Below are positions 48,432-58,169 of a stretch of DNA of 64,000 nucleotides, one piece after another. Position 1 is the first letter of the stretch, and the number at the start of each line of letters is the position of its first letter. The notes below the pieces were generated by a model. It was not told the origin of the DNA and searched no databases. It saw only the letters and a program-made list of their open reading frames with translations. Origin of the DNA: Leptospiria bacterium (lineage in GTDB: Bacteria > Spirochaetota > Leptospiria > Turneriellales > CBDBES01). The stretch is taken from assembly GCA_965261485.1 (NCBI GenBank), contig CBDHCY010000005.1:565763-629762 (forward strand). The letters are read 5' to 3'. The translations under genes and the position numbers were made by a program.

Positions 48432-48886
48432 CTTTACAGACCTTTGTTTCGCCTAAAAAATTATTTTCACTTGATTACCCCCGCATATGGGAAATGGAAG
48501 TAGTTGAGAATATTCCTGCTTTTTTTAATCCTATTGAAGGTCAGGGTGCTTTACAGATATTTTCGATACGGCTTGGTCAAAAGACTAAAATTCCTAAAGA
48601 ATTAAAGCACTTTAATTTTTTAAATGCTAAAAATCTTTTAGATAAAATGATTTTTTTTTTGAATAATCAAAATATAAAAATTTCAGAAAAAGAGTTGAAA
48701 ATTTATACAAAAAAGAAAATGAGTTTTATTCCTTATGAATACAGTTTAGAAAAACGCTTTTATATGGTTTGTATGTTGCAAGAAAAAAATATTTTATTAT
48801 TGAGTATCTATAATTGTTCAGGAATACCCAATAAAAAAGAGGCTACCATTATTGGACAAATAATGAGCTCAGTTCAAATTATATAG
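48428..48886 (+). CDS. Hypothetical protein
   Basis: ATGA-coupled to argG; FSLDYPRIW start suggests a PsbP/DcrB-like fold (weak). Confidence 0.55.
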   Translation: MTLQTFVSPKKLFSLDYPRIWEMEVVENIPAFFNPIEGQGALQIFSIRLGQKTKIPKELKHFNFLNAKNLLDKMIFFLNNQNIKISEKELKIYTKKKMSFIPYEYSLEKRFYMVCMLQEKNILLLSIYNCSGIPNKKEATIIGQIMSSVQII

Positions 48887-48889
48887 AAG

Positions 48890-50110
48890 CTAAAGGAACC
48901 TTTTTATTGTAATCCTTTTTTTTTCTAATTCTGTTATTGTTTCTGTTATTGTTTTATAGCGCTTTAAAATTTTATCATTATCATCAGAAATCTTTTTTTT
49001 ATGCTTCTCTAGAAATTTTTTAAATACTTTTAATTCTTGCAGTGCTTTATGTCCGATATCTTTTTTAGGACTAATAATATTTATAATACTCACTAGATAA
49101 AGATTATTTTTTTCAGCAATAATGGTTCCTTTATTAATTTTACTCGATGCAAGAAAACTTCGAAAAGCTTTTGACTCGTCTAAAGTGGTCAGAGAGGGGA
49201 GACCAGACAGCTTCTTATCATTGAGCTTTGATGCTAAATTAACATTACGGATAAGTTGTACTTTACTATTATATTGAGAAGCAACTTGACGAAGAGAATT
49301 ATTTTTAAGTGATTTTTGAATTTCTTCTATCAAATTTTGTTCTAATTTTTTTTCTTTCTCTTTGTATAGGCTATTTTTAATCGCCTGCCTTTTAGTTGAA
49401 GTTAATTTAGCCTTTTTGTCTTTAGATAAATAATCTTTTTTAAATTTTTCTTGAATATTAGCTTCTGAAATCGAAGCTCTTTGTTTTAAAATTTTAACCT
49501 TCTCTTTACCTTGAATTACAGATATTTCATAACTAATTTTTATTTGTTCGGCATCCCAAAATAAGATGACCTCAGGTTTACTAAAATATTGAATAGAGTC
49601 AAGAAGATCAAGACCATCTTGACTAGCATATGCGTCAACTACCTGAGATTCTAGATCTGAATAACTAATTCGATTACGTAAAAGTATCTCTTGGTTAAAT
49701 TTATTAAAATTTTGTGTGGTCTCTGTGAAGTAAGATGAAAATTTTTCTTTCAAATATTTCACCATAATATATTTTTTTGATCTGTGTATAGGATAAAGAC
49801 CAATTTTTTTCATAAGTATTAGGTTCACTTTATTTTTAATCAACTGATCAAAAACTTGTCCCTCAATTTGTTTTTTAAAGTGTTCAGGTAAGCTTTGACC
49901 TTTAAATCTTTGTTGTATAAAATTCTCTTTTGCACGACTGAGTTGAGTTCTTGTAAGAATTTCATCACCAATTTTAGCGGCGAGATAACGATCTGAATCA
50001 CTTGAAGAAGAAATAAAGTCAGGCATACCAAAGGTGAACGTAATGAGAATAACAATAAAACCGATAAAGACGTAGCTAAATATCTTGTATGATTGCTGAA
50101 GAATATTCAT
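48890..50110 (-). CDS. SurA N-terminal domain / PpiD-like periplasmic chaperone
   Basis: N-terminal TM then AAKIGDEILT and VFDQLI, typical of SurA_N. Confidence 0.7.
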   Translation of the reverse strand: MNILQQSYKIFSYVFIGFIVILITFTFGMPDFISSSSDSDRYLAAKIGDEILTRTQLSRAKENFIQQRFKGQSLPEHFKKQIEGQVFDQLIKNKVNLILMKKIGLYPIHRSKKYIMVKYLKEKFSSYFTETTQNFNKFNQEILLRNRISYSDLESQVVDAYASQDGLDLLDSIQYFSKPEVILFWDAEQIKISYEISVIQGKEKVKILKQRASISEANIQEKFKKDYLSKDKKAKLTSTKRQAIKNSLYKEKEKKLEQNLIEEIQKSLKNNSLRQVASQYNSKVQLIRNVNLASKLNDKKLSGLPSLTTLDESKAFRSFLASSKINKGTIIAEKNNLYLVSIINIISPKKDIGHKALQELKVFKKFLEKHKKKISDDNDKILKRYKTITETITELEKKRITIKRFL

Positions 50111-50162
50111 GATTGAAACATGATCTTGTGTAATGATACTCTAACTTGTCAAGAAACTTCTT

Positions 50163-50189
50163 TAATATTAAAAAAATAAAAGACGATAA
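50163..50189 (+). promoter_or_regulatory. sigma28 (FliA)-like promoter
   Basis: TAAT-N15-GACGATAA. Confidence 0.45.
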
Positions 50190-50203
50190 TACCATTACTA
50201 GTA

Positions 50204-51964
50204 ATGAAAAAACGACTTATTTTAATTAATTTATTTTCTTTGAGCTTTTTTTTTGTTGAAAAATACATTATTATACCTCACAAAAAATTAGATTTTATTG
50301 AAATGGTTGATCCTTTTCTTAAACAAGAAGTTAAACAAATAGAAAATATTAACAAACAATATGTTACAGTGAGTGCTCATAGACGCATAGAAGTTTATAA
50401 TGAAATCAAACAAAGGATGATATGGAATAATCATCAAATCAAAGAAATTTTATTTTTAAATATTAATGCCCAAGTGATGAATGATCTTAAAAATTTATTA
50501 TCAATTGAAGAACCAAATAAAAAATTAATGTATTTTATTATGAATAATAAAAGTAAGTCTAATAAATCAAGTTCCTTACTTATTAATAATAAATTATATA
50601 CTCTGCAGCCTATTGAATTATTTGGCTTAATATTATATTTGGTCGTTCAGTGGAATTTTATTCTAATTCCTTTTGGTTTTTACATGATGCTTCTCATTGG
50701 CATTTTATCCTGCATTATATTTATTATTTCATTTTATAAAAAGAATAAAATGAAGATAAAGCTAAATGAGCTTACCAATAAGGTGAGTGATCGATTTCAA
50801 AAAACTGAAGAAGATAAAAAAAAATATATTTCTATCTTTAAGGATGATATAAGTTTCCAAAATTCTGTTTTGGATAAGAATTCTTTAATTTTTGAAAATT
50901 TTGATAAAAATGATAAAAATTATCTTTTAATAGATCCTGTTCTCACAGAATATCGAGAAAAAGCAAAAGAATATTCAAAAATGCATGTAACTTCAGCTAC
51001 CACTATTCGTTCTAAAATATTTAATCCAGAAGTTAAAGATTTGATACAACAAATAGCTCATGAAATTCCTAGTTTAACAAAAGGTTATTTAGAACAATTA
51101 AATCATCTTCAAGGTATTTTTAATAATTTAAAAAGAAAAACAAAAATTCTCTTCTTAGATAAAATTTATTTAAAAAGGCCTTCAACAAAAAAACTAGCTG
51201 AAAAATTAAAAGATTGTCTTCAATATCTTGCCCAAGACTTCCATTCTGATTTTTGTATTTATTTAAATTATAATTTTTTTATTAATTCTTATGAACCCAT
51301 AGCTGAATTTGGTATGGTAAATGAAGCATGGAAAAATTTTTATATTTTAAAAAAAGATCCACTTATTTCGATTGATGGTACTCAGGATAATTTACTTCGA
51401 ATAGATAAAGCTCTCAAAATAAATCCTTATTTTATGAAGAGACTTAATCAAAAAATTGCCTCTGAAATTGAATGGATATATTTTACTACATTAGATCCTA
51501 GTGATACTAATGTAATAATGGCTTTTTTTTATAAAAAAGCATACAATGAAAGTCAAATTAAAAAATTCAAAAAAAACACACAAGATAAATTGAATAATTT
51601 TGCTCCTCTCTTTAGGCGTATGATACCTAATAATACGATAAAAAGATTAGAAATTTATGATCGACTGATTTTGGAGCTAAAAGAGATGATTATGTCAGGG
51701 GTATATACTTTGAAGGTACTTCATATTTATCTTACACAGCCATTTAGCTTTGATCAATTTGAAAATTCTTCAAATTTGATTAAAGACTGTTTCATAGAAA
51801 GTGAACGTTTTTTTTATGTTTCTCCCATGCACTTTATTGTTTATCTTTCTTCGAGTGACCTTGATCACGTTATCACAAAACTTAAACCAATTGTAGGAGA
51901 GTTGAAGTATAAAGTTTATGATTATCCGGCTAAGAGTGCTATTTTAGATTATTATTTATTATAA
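50204..51964 (+). CDS. Hypothetical membrane protein with large cytoplasmic region
   Basis: 586-aa ORF with TM segments near the N-terminus and residues ~140-178. Confidence 0.6.
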   Translation: MKKRLILINLFSLSFFFVEKYIIIPHKKLDFIEMVDPFLKQEVKQIENINKQYVTVSAHRRIEVYNEIKQRMIWNNHQIKEILFLNINAQVMNDLKNLLSIEEPNKKLMYFIMNNKSKSNKSSSLLINNKLYTLQPIELFGLILYLVVQWNFILIPFGFYMMLLIGILSCIIFIISFYKKNKMKIKLNELTNKVSDRFQKTEEDKKKYISIFKDDISFQNSVLDKNSLIFENFDKNDKNYLLIDPVLTEYREKAKEYSKMHVTSATTIRSKIFNPEVKDLIQQIAHEIPSLTKGYLEQLNHLQGIFNNLKRKTKILFLDKIYLKRPSTKKLAEKLKDCLQYLAQDFHSDFCIYLNYNFFINSYEPIAEFGMVNEAWKNFYILKKDPLISIDGTQDNLLRIDKALKINPYFMKRLNQKIASEIEWIYFTTLDPSDTNVIMAFFYKKAYNESQIKKFKKNTQDKLNNFAPLFRRMIPNNTIKRLEIYDRLILELKEMIMSGVYTLKVLHIYLTQPFSFDQFENSSNLIKDCFIESERFFYVSPMHFIVYLSSSDLDHVITKLKPIVGELKYKVYDYPAKSAILDYYLL

Positions 51965-52547
51965 AATTAATAAAACGTCCAATAGCTTTACTACGGTGGC
52001 TGCACATTGTTTTTTCTTTAAAGGTAAGCTCCGCAAAACTTTTTTTTTCACTGGGTAGATAAAAAATTGGATCGTAGCCAAAACCATTTTTCCCTTTAAG
52101 TTTATGTAATATTTCCCCCCATACTAGACCATGAAAAAATATTTCATCATTATTTTGAATGAAGCAAATGGCCGCAAAAAAATATGCTTTCCTCGCTTCA
52201 CAGTCAAGCTTTTGAGTTTCGTGAAGTAGACGTTGAATTCTCTCTTTGTCATTGTTTCCATAACGAGAAGAGTTAACACCAGGAGCTCCCCCTAAAGCAG
52301 GTACAACTAGACCAGAATCTTCAGCAAAAATTAGCTTATTGGGTAAATCTTTTTTTAATTCTTTTGCCTTTATCCAAGCATTTTCTAAAAAAGTTTTACC
52401 AATTTCTTTAGGGGCAAAACGTTCTTGAATTTCTTGATCTAAACTAGATATATTTTTCAAAGATATCTCTGGTAAAGAATTATCAAATATCGTCAAGATT
52501 TCTTTCCATTTATTTAAATTTTGGCTCGCAAAATATAATTCATTCAT
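51939..52547 (-). CDS. rdgB: Non-canonical purine NTP pyrophosphatase (HAM1 family)
   Basis: FASQNLNK, TFLENAWIKA, EDSGL, GAPGVNSSR, GFGYDPIF, SHR. Confidence 0.95.
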   Translation of the reverse strand: MNELYFASQNLNKWKEILTIFDNSLPEISLKNISSLDQEIQERFAPKEIGKTFLENAWIKAKELKKDLPNKLIFAEDSGLVVPALGGAPGVNSSRYGNNDKERIQRLLHETQKLDCEARKAYFFAAICFIQNNDEIFFHGLVWGEILHKLKGKNGFGYDPIFYLPSEKKSFAELTFKEKTMCSHRSKAIGRFINFIINNNLK

Positions 52548-52740
52548 AATGTTACATATGGTTTTAATGACACCACCAGTCAACACAGGCTTTGCAAAAA
52601 ACTTGATTCAATCAAAAAACTCAAGTTTTTGTGCTTTGATAAGTAAAGTTGAAAGAAATTTTAAATTGTGATATTTATTTCGCTGATCTTGGCACACCGT
52701 AGCAAAGAAATGGGATAGACTTATTTAAGACAATATAATA

Positions 52741-53613
52741 TCATCCTAAAGATTCAATAAAGTTTAATGTCTCTTTTACCCATATTTTGGGAGCTTCTAA
52801 CATTGGATAATGCCCCACATCTTTTAGCCAAAACAATTGACTATTCCTTACTTTTTTGTGTAAAGTACTCGCTATGACAGGCAGTGCCACAGGGTCTTTG
52901 TCACCCCACAGAAAAGATATGGGTACCTTAGTATCCTCCAAACCCCCTATCCACCTGTGCCAATACTTTGTACGTTCATGGGTATAACGAGATACCAAAT
53001 GCAGTGTTTCTTTACCTCCTTTGTGTACTAGTAATTGCCACATCTCATGGAGTTCATTTTCGTTTATTTTAGATTTATCTGCCCATAAACGACGCATATT
53101 TATTTTAAATATTACTGCATTAGTGATATATTTAGTCCATTTTCCTATTTGTTTATGACGCATCAAACGCTGTACAAGACGCAAATTTGCAAGCTCAATA
53201 AGTAAACTACCATTAGTTAACAATAGAGATTGAATATCTAAAGAAATAAAGTTTTTATTATATCTAGCTATTATTTCAGTAGCTACACTCGTACCATAAT
53301 CGTGTGCTACAATATGCCCACGCTTAATACCTAATTTTACCCAAAGTAACAATGCCTTTTCTGCTTGTTCTATCAACGAATAAGAATAATTCATAGGTTT
53401 ATCTGAAAAGCCATACCCCAAATGATCGTGTACAATAACTCTATATTTACGAGCTAAAAGCGGCAAGGTTTTCCAAAAATCATAACTACTAGTAGGAAAT
53501 CCATGTAGAATCAAAAGAACTTGCTCTCCTATTTTGGTATCTACTACAAAAATTTGATGTCCATCAACCTCAATATATTGTCCTTGTTCCTCCCATCTTT
53601 TTAATGTCGTCAT
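52741..53613 (-). CDS. Alpha/beta hydrolase (epoxide hydrolase/MEST-like)
   Basis: LHGFPTSSYDF, GYGFSDKP, AHDYG (Asp nucleophile), GHYPMLE. Confidence 0.9.
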   Translation of the reverse strand: MTTLKRWEEQGQYIEVDGHQIFVVDTKIGEQVLLILHGFPTSSYDFWKTLPLLARKYRVIVHDHLGYGFSDKPMNYSYSLIEQAEKALLLWVKLGIKRGHIVAHDYGTSVATEIIARYNKNFISLDIQSLLLTNGSLLIELANLRLVQRLMRHKQIGKWTKYITNAVIFKINMRRLWADKSKINENELHEMWQLLVHKGGKETLHLVSRYTHERTKYWHRWIGGLEDTKVPISFLWGDKDPVALPVIASTLHKKVRNSQLFWLKDVGHYPMLEAPKIWVKETLNFIESLG

Positions 53614-53651
53614 TGTAATACTACCGTTTGAATTAATATTTTTCGAGTAAC

Positions 53652-55421
53652 TTACATTAATAAGTCATCCTGAGCTTTAATACTATTTATTTGATACGTT
53701 TTAAATAAGCCTACTTTTCCCTTTAAGTTTAGTATTTTTTCAGTGGCATTTACGTATTCTTTAACTATTTTATATGTAGTTTCACTAATTAAAACTTGAT
53801 CACGATCAGCATTTCGTTCTAACCTAGAGGCAATATTTACATTATCACCAATCGCTGTGTGATCTCGTCTTGAACGGTGACTTCCTATATCACCTAAGAT
53901 TACATGACCCGAGTTAATACCTATCCTCATATGAATATCTTTGTTTGTTTCTTTATGTACCTGATCAAGAGATGCTATCATTTCTCTAGCAGCATGTACG
54001 GCTTTGTAAGCACCAACTTCTTCATCATCAAATAAGGCCATAATAGCATCACCAATAAATTTATCGATACTCGCACCATATCTAACTAAAACTTCAACCA
54101 TAATATCAAAATATGTATTGAGTATCGAAACAACTTCCCGAGCAGAAAGCTTTTCGCATAAAACAGTAAAATTTTCAATATCGATAAATAAAATTGTTCG
54201 AAAAGAATTTTCGACAGTTGTTTTATATTGATTCGATATCGCACCAAGTTTTACTGCTTCAATAGCTTCGTTTGTCAAGTAGCGTTGCATAATTTTATGC
54301 TCTTTTAAAAGTTTAGTTTCAGCAATACATTTTTCCACTTCGACTAATAAGCGATCGCTACTAAAAGGTGGAGATAAAAAAACTTGCACGCCAAGCGATT
54401 GCATTTTAATCATATCCAAAATATTTTTATTTTTACTCAGCACAACAATTGGTATATCATATAATATGTTATTTTTTCTTACTTCTAAAACAAACTTTGC
54501 CCCATCCAATACAGGTAATGCTGTAATAATTAAAAAGAAAACTTCATTTTTTAATTTATTTAAAGCAATATCACAATTTTCAGCAATATCTGAATATAAA
54601 TAATTTTTTTCAAATATTTGCTTCATTCGTTCTCCTGCAACGAGGTCATTTTCTACAATTAATATTTTTTCTTTTCTTGTAACTTTTACGCCAAAAATAA
54701 AATTATTAATTCTAGATACTAACTCAGAAATATCAAATGGTTTTATTAAATATCCATCAGCCCCAATAGAAAATCCACGAATAATAGATGCCTCTGTCTG
54801 AGAAGTAGTGGTCAGAATAACTGAAGTATTCCTTAACCTTGTATCTTTTTTTATTTTTTCGCAAAGCTCATAACCGTTCATAATGGGCATTTCCGTATCT
54901 GTAACGACCAAATCAACGAGATGTTTTTGTAAATATTTCCAAGCTTCAAGCCCATTATAAAAAGAATGCACTGTACGCCCCTTAATTTTAATTCTTGGAA
55001 CTACAGACTGATGATATAGTACATCATTATCTACATATAAAATTTTTTTTTGATCAATAAATAATTTATCCAAAGTATTTTTAATATCAGAGCTTCTCAT
55101 GGGTAATTTTATAAATAAATTTGCTCCATATTGGGCGGTAATTTCTGCAATTTGATCTTCACTAGAAAGTAGTACAATTTTAATATTTTTTAATGATCGA
55201 TTTTTTTTGATATTATTGCAAATTTTTCTTACATCTATATTTTTAAGGCCGGTTTTTAAAAATATACATGCAACATTTTGATTGATCATTTCTATCAATA
55301 TATTTGTACTCTTTGATGATAATATGGTATAACTATATTTTTTTTCAGGGAGTGCACCAGCAATAAATCTATCAATTGATGTGATACCCGTAAAAATACC
55401 AATATTTATTTTTGTATGCAT
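53652..55421 (-). CDS. Multi-receiver response regulator fused to a class III adenylate cyclase
   Basis: Three REC-like domains (second has VVTDTEMPIMNG and KP); cyclase TILFIDIENFT, DKFIGDAIMA, RIGINSG, TAIGDNVNIASRL. Confidence 0.9.
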   Translation of the reverse strand: MHTKINIGIFTGITSIDRFIAGALPEKKYSYTILSSKSTNILIEMINQNVACIFLKTGLKNIDVRKICNNIKKNRSLKNIKIVLLSSEDQIAEITAQYGANLFIKLPMRSSDIKNTLDKLFIDQKKILYVDNDVLYHQSVVPRIKIKGRTVHSFYNGLEAWKYLQKHLVDLVVTDTEMPIMNGYELCEKIKKDTRLRNTSVILTTTSQTEASIIRGFSIGADGYLIKPFDISELVSRINNFIFGVKVTRKEKILIVENDLVAGERMKQIFEKNYLYSDIAENCDIALNKLKNEVFFLIITALPVLDGAKFVLEVRKNNILYDIPIVVLSKNKNILDMIKMQSLGVQVFLSPPFSSDRLLVEVEKCIAETKLLKEHKIMQRYLTNEAIEAVKLGAISNQYKTTVENSFRTILFIDIENFTVLCEKLSAREVVSILNTYFDIMVEVLVRYGASIDKFIGDAIMALFDDEEVGAYKAVHAAREMIASLDQVHKETNKDIHMRIGINSGHVILGDIGSHRSRRDHTAIGDNVNIASRLERNADRDQVLISETTYKIVKEYVNATEKILNLKGKVGLFKTYQINSIKAQDDLLM

Positions 55422-55563
55422 AAATTAATTTTGGCTCTTGGTAAGAGCTTTTTTGACTTTATTTTCACTGGCACAGTCTTAGAATAAGACACAATTAGAA
55501 AATCATTATTATTTTGACAATTCATATATTTTGTAAATCTAAAGTACGAATATAATAAAAGAT

Positions 55564-56622
55564 TCAAAAGCTTATATCACTCCAAGTAAATGATGGGGCA
55601 TATTGAAGATAGCCTTTATTTATTACAATAGGGGAAGCGATATTATTATGGTATAGACTCCCTGTCCCTAATCCATGATGCTCTGAATTTTTATAAAGAC
55701 TTACAAATTGGGCGATTGCATTTAGTCCGATATTTGACTCTAGGTAAGAGGTAACCCACCATTTGACACCTTCTTTCTCAGCTAAATTTATCCAGTTTTT
55801 AATAGAGGCAAACCCGCCGTGCAAGGTAGGTTTCAATACTAAATAATGTGGTTTAATTTCTTGTAAAAATTTTAATCTTTTATGTTCGTTGTTGATTGAA
55901 ATCAATTCTTCATCTAGAGCAATTGAAATTTGGCTTTTTTGACAAATTATTTTTAATACTTCAGGTTGATTTGGAAGAATGGGTTGCTCAATAGAATGAA
56001 TATTAAAATCGCTCAATATTTCTAATTGATGTAACACTTTATTTATTTCAAAAGCTCCATTTGCATCAAGTCGAATGACTAAATCGTCTGATATATTTCT
56101 CAATTCTTTAATTATAGATAATTCTGTTTTAAAATCAAGAGCTCCAATTTTTAGTTTGATACAAGTAAAGCCTGCATCTAATTTTTCTTTAATTTGCTCT
56201 CTTATAAAGTCAGTTTTACCCATCCATACCAAACCATTGATTGGCACATTTATCTTACTTAAATCATGTCTAAATATTTTTTTCTGACCACCATTAAGTA
56301 AGTCAAAAAGTGCGACTTCCAATCCAAATTGTATACTAGAAAAACTATTAATTATTAGTTTTTTAATTATTTTCCATATTTCCTTTTCTGCAGTAGGTGC
56401 TTGCATCGAAGAAATTGCCGATTTAATTCTACTCAGCTCAGCAGGAATTTTCTCAATATCTTCAGAGCTCAGGTAACGAATAGGAGCTATTTCACCAAAT
56501 CCAAAAGATCCATGATTATCATAAATCTTTATAAACCAAACTTTTCGTTCAGTTAGAGTTCCCCGGCTTGTTTTAATTTGAAATTTAAAATGAAGTGTAT
56601 AAGATGTGTATTCAAGTCGCAT
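55564..56622 (-). CDS. menC: o-succinylbenzoate synthase-like enolase-superfamily enzyme
   Basis: TSRG, GFGEIAP, KLKIG, RLDANG, IEQPI, ALDEELI, LKPTLHGG, LESNIG. Confidence 0.75.
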   Translation of the reverse strand: MRLEYTSYTLHFKFQIKTSRGTLTERKVWFIKIYDNHGSFGFGEIAPIRYLSSEDIEKIPAELSRIKSAISSMQAPTAEKEIWKIIKKLIINSFSSIQFGLEVALFDLLNGGQKKIFRHDLSKINVPINGLVWMGKTDFIREQIKEKLDAGFTCIKLKIGALDFKTELSIIKELRNISDDLVIRLDANGAFEINKVLHQLEILSDFNIHSIEQPILPNQPEVLKIICQKSQISIALDEELISINNEHKRLKFLQEIKPHYLVLKPTLHGGFASIKNWINLAEKEGVKWWVTSYLESNIGLNAIAQFVSLYKNSEHHGLGTGSLYHNNIASPIVINKGYLQYAPSFTWSDISF

Positions 56623-56814
56623 GATTACTCTTAAATTAGATAGTTTTTTATTTTTCAACTACTTTTTTTATGCTCGATCAAAAGAATACTTAGTTTAATG
56701 TCAAAGTATAACTTTTGAAAAAAAATTCAGGTTTATCTTTAAAAATAATTTTAAATCACCTCTAGTTTAGAGATATCGTTTTTATAAAAAAATATCCTAG
56801 TTTAAAACTCTTGC

Positions 56815-56841
56815 TAATCTGTTTTTAAATTAAGCCGATAC
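56815..56841 (+). promoter_or_regulatory. sigma28 (FliA)-like promoter of the flgG operon
   Basis: TAAT-N15-GCCGATAC; ATG of flgG only 7 nt downstream. Confidence 0.6.
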
Positions 56842-56848
56842 CTCGTTT

Positions 56849-57646
56849 ATGGTACGATCTTTATGGACAGGTGCAATGGGTATGATTTCCCAACAATACC
56901 AGATTGATACGATTGCGAATAATTTAGCTAATGTTAATACTACTGGATTTAAAAAAAATAGAGTAGATTTTGAAGATTTAATTTATCAACATCACCAATT
57001 GGCGGGGACACCAGCAACTGCTGTCTCTGAGATACCTACAGGAGTATATGTTGGGCATGGTGTTCGACCGTCGGCAACTCCTAAAGTTTTTGAAATGGGT
57101 TCTTTGCAGTCAACAGGAAGAAAACTTGATTTAGCGATTAGCAATAGTGTTGGTTTTTTCAAAATACAAATGCCTGATGGTAGTTTTTCTTACAGTAGAG
57201 ATGGTTCTTTTAAAATTGATGGTCGTAGACAAGTGCTCACGAGCAACGGCTATTTATTAGAACCTCCCATCATTATACCAGAAGATGGTATAATGGATAG
57301 TCTGACAGTCTCAGAACAGGGGGAGGTTATGGTCTATTTAGGTGATGATCAAAACCCTACAACAATTGGTCAAATAGAATTATATCGTTTCTTAAATCAA
57401 GAAGGCTTGAAATCAATTGGTAAAAATTTATTTAAAGAAACACCTGCTTCGGGTCCTGAAATTCCGGGCACACCCAATTTAGATGGATTGGGGTCCACCT
57501 TACAAGGTTTTTTGGAAATGAGTAATGTTCATTTGGCGAATGAAATGGTAAATATGATTGTCGCCCAAAGAGCCTATGAATCAAACTCAAAGTCAATTCA
57601 AACCTCTGATTCTATGTTGGCGACAGCGATTCAATTAAAGCGATAA
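56849..57646 (+). CDS. flgG: Flagellar distal rod protein
   Basis: ANNLANVNTTGFKK, YSRDGSF, GFLEMSNV, QRAYESNSK. Confidence 0.97.
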   Translation: MVRSLWTGAMGMISQQYQIDTIANNLANVNTTGFKKNRVDFEDLIYQHHQLAGTPATAVSEIPTGVYVGHGVRPSATPKVFEMGSLQSTGRKLDLAISNSVGFFKIQMPDGSFSYSRDGSFKIDGRRQVLTSNGYLLEPPIIIPEDGIMDSLTVSEQGEVMVYLGDDQNPTTIGQIELYRFLNQEGLKSIGKNLFKETPASGPEIPGTPNLDGLGSTLQGFLEMSNVHLANEMVNMIVAQRAYESNSKSIQTSDSMLATAIQLKR

Positions 57647-57659
57647 AATTATTTAGGTA

Positions 57660-58169
57660 ATGACTCTTTTGAGAAGTAAGCAAATTATCATTATCTTACT
57701 TTTGAGTTCCAAAATTGTGACATTTCTTTTTGCATTTGAACCAAAAGGTCAAGTTTTCAAAAAAGTTCCGTTGGAAGCTGTCGAATCTTTTCTAAAAAAA
57801 AAATCAGGAAAAGAATTTGAGATCATTAATGGGGAAGATACGTTAGTTCCCATTAATGCTAATATTGTTTTTGGGCTTAACAAAAAAGATAAAAAAATAT
57901 TTGTTAAGAGTTTTATATTAGGTGGTTCTCAAAAAATTTATCAAACATTTTCATTGAAAAAGAGAAATATCTTCAAAAGAACAAAAGATGTGAGCTTAGG
58001 GAGCTATCTTTCCTTAAGCTTAAATCAAAAACTTATCTCTATTCAATTCGTCGGGCAGGCTCTTCAATCAGGGAATATTGGAGATATTATTCGTGTGAGA
58101 ATTTCTAATTTAGCACGAATTTTTAAGGCTCGTGTCTTATCAAAAAATAGAGGAGCGATTTTATTTTAA
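57660..58169 (+). CDS. flgA: Flagellar P-ring chaperone (short, divergent)
   Basis: C-terminal GQALQSGNIGDIIRVR...ARV; located between flgG and flgH. Confidence 0.7.
   Translation: MTLLRSKQIIIILLLSSKIVTFLFAFEPKGQVFKKVPLEAVESFLKKKSGKEFEIINGEDTLVPINANIVFGLNKKDKKIFVKSFILGGSQKIYQTFSLKKRNIFKRTKDVSLGSYLSLSLNQKLISIQFVGQALQSGNIGDIIRVRISNLARIFKARVLSKNRGAILF

Noticed and set aside
52597-52630. 10-bp inverted repeat AAAAACTTGA/TCAAGTTTTT
   Set aside because: Low complexity with a long loop; at most an ordinary terminator
52690-52705. TGGCAC..TAGCA as a sigma54 promoter (similar TGGCAC near 55469)
   Set aside because: GG-GC spacing is one base short here, the second site has GA instead of GC, and both face against the flanking minus-strand genes
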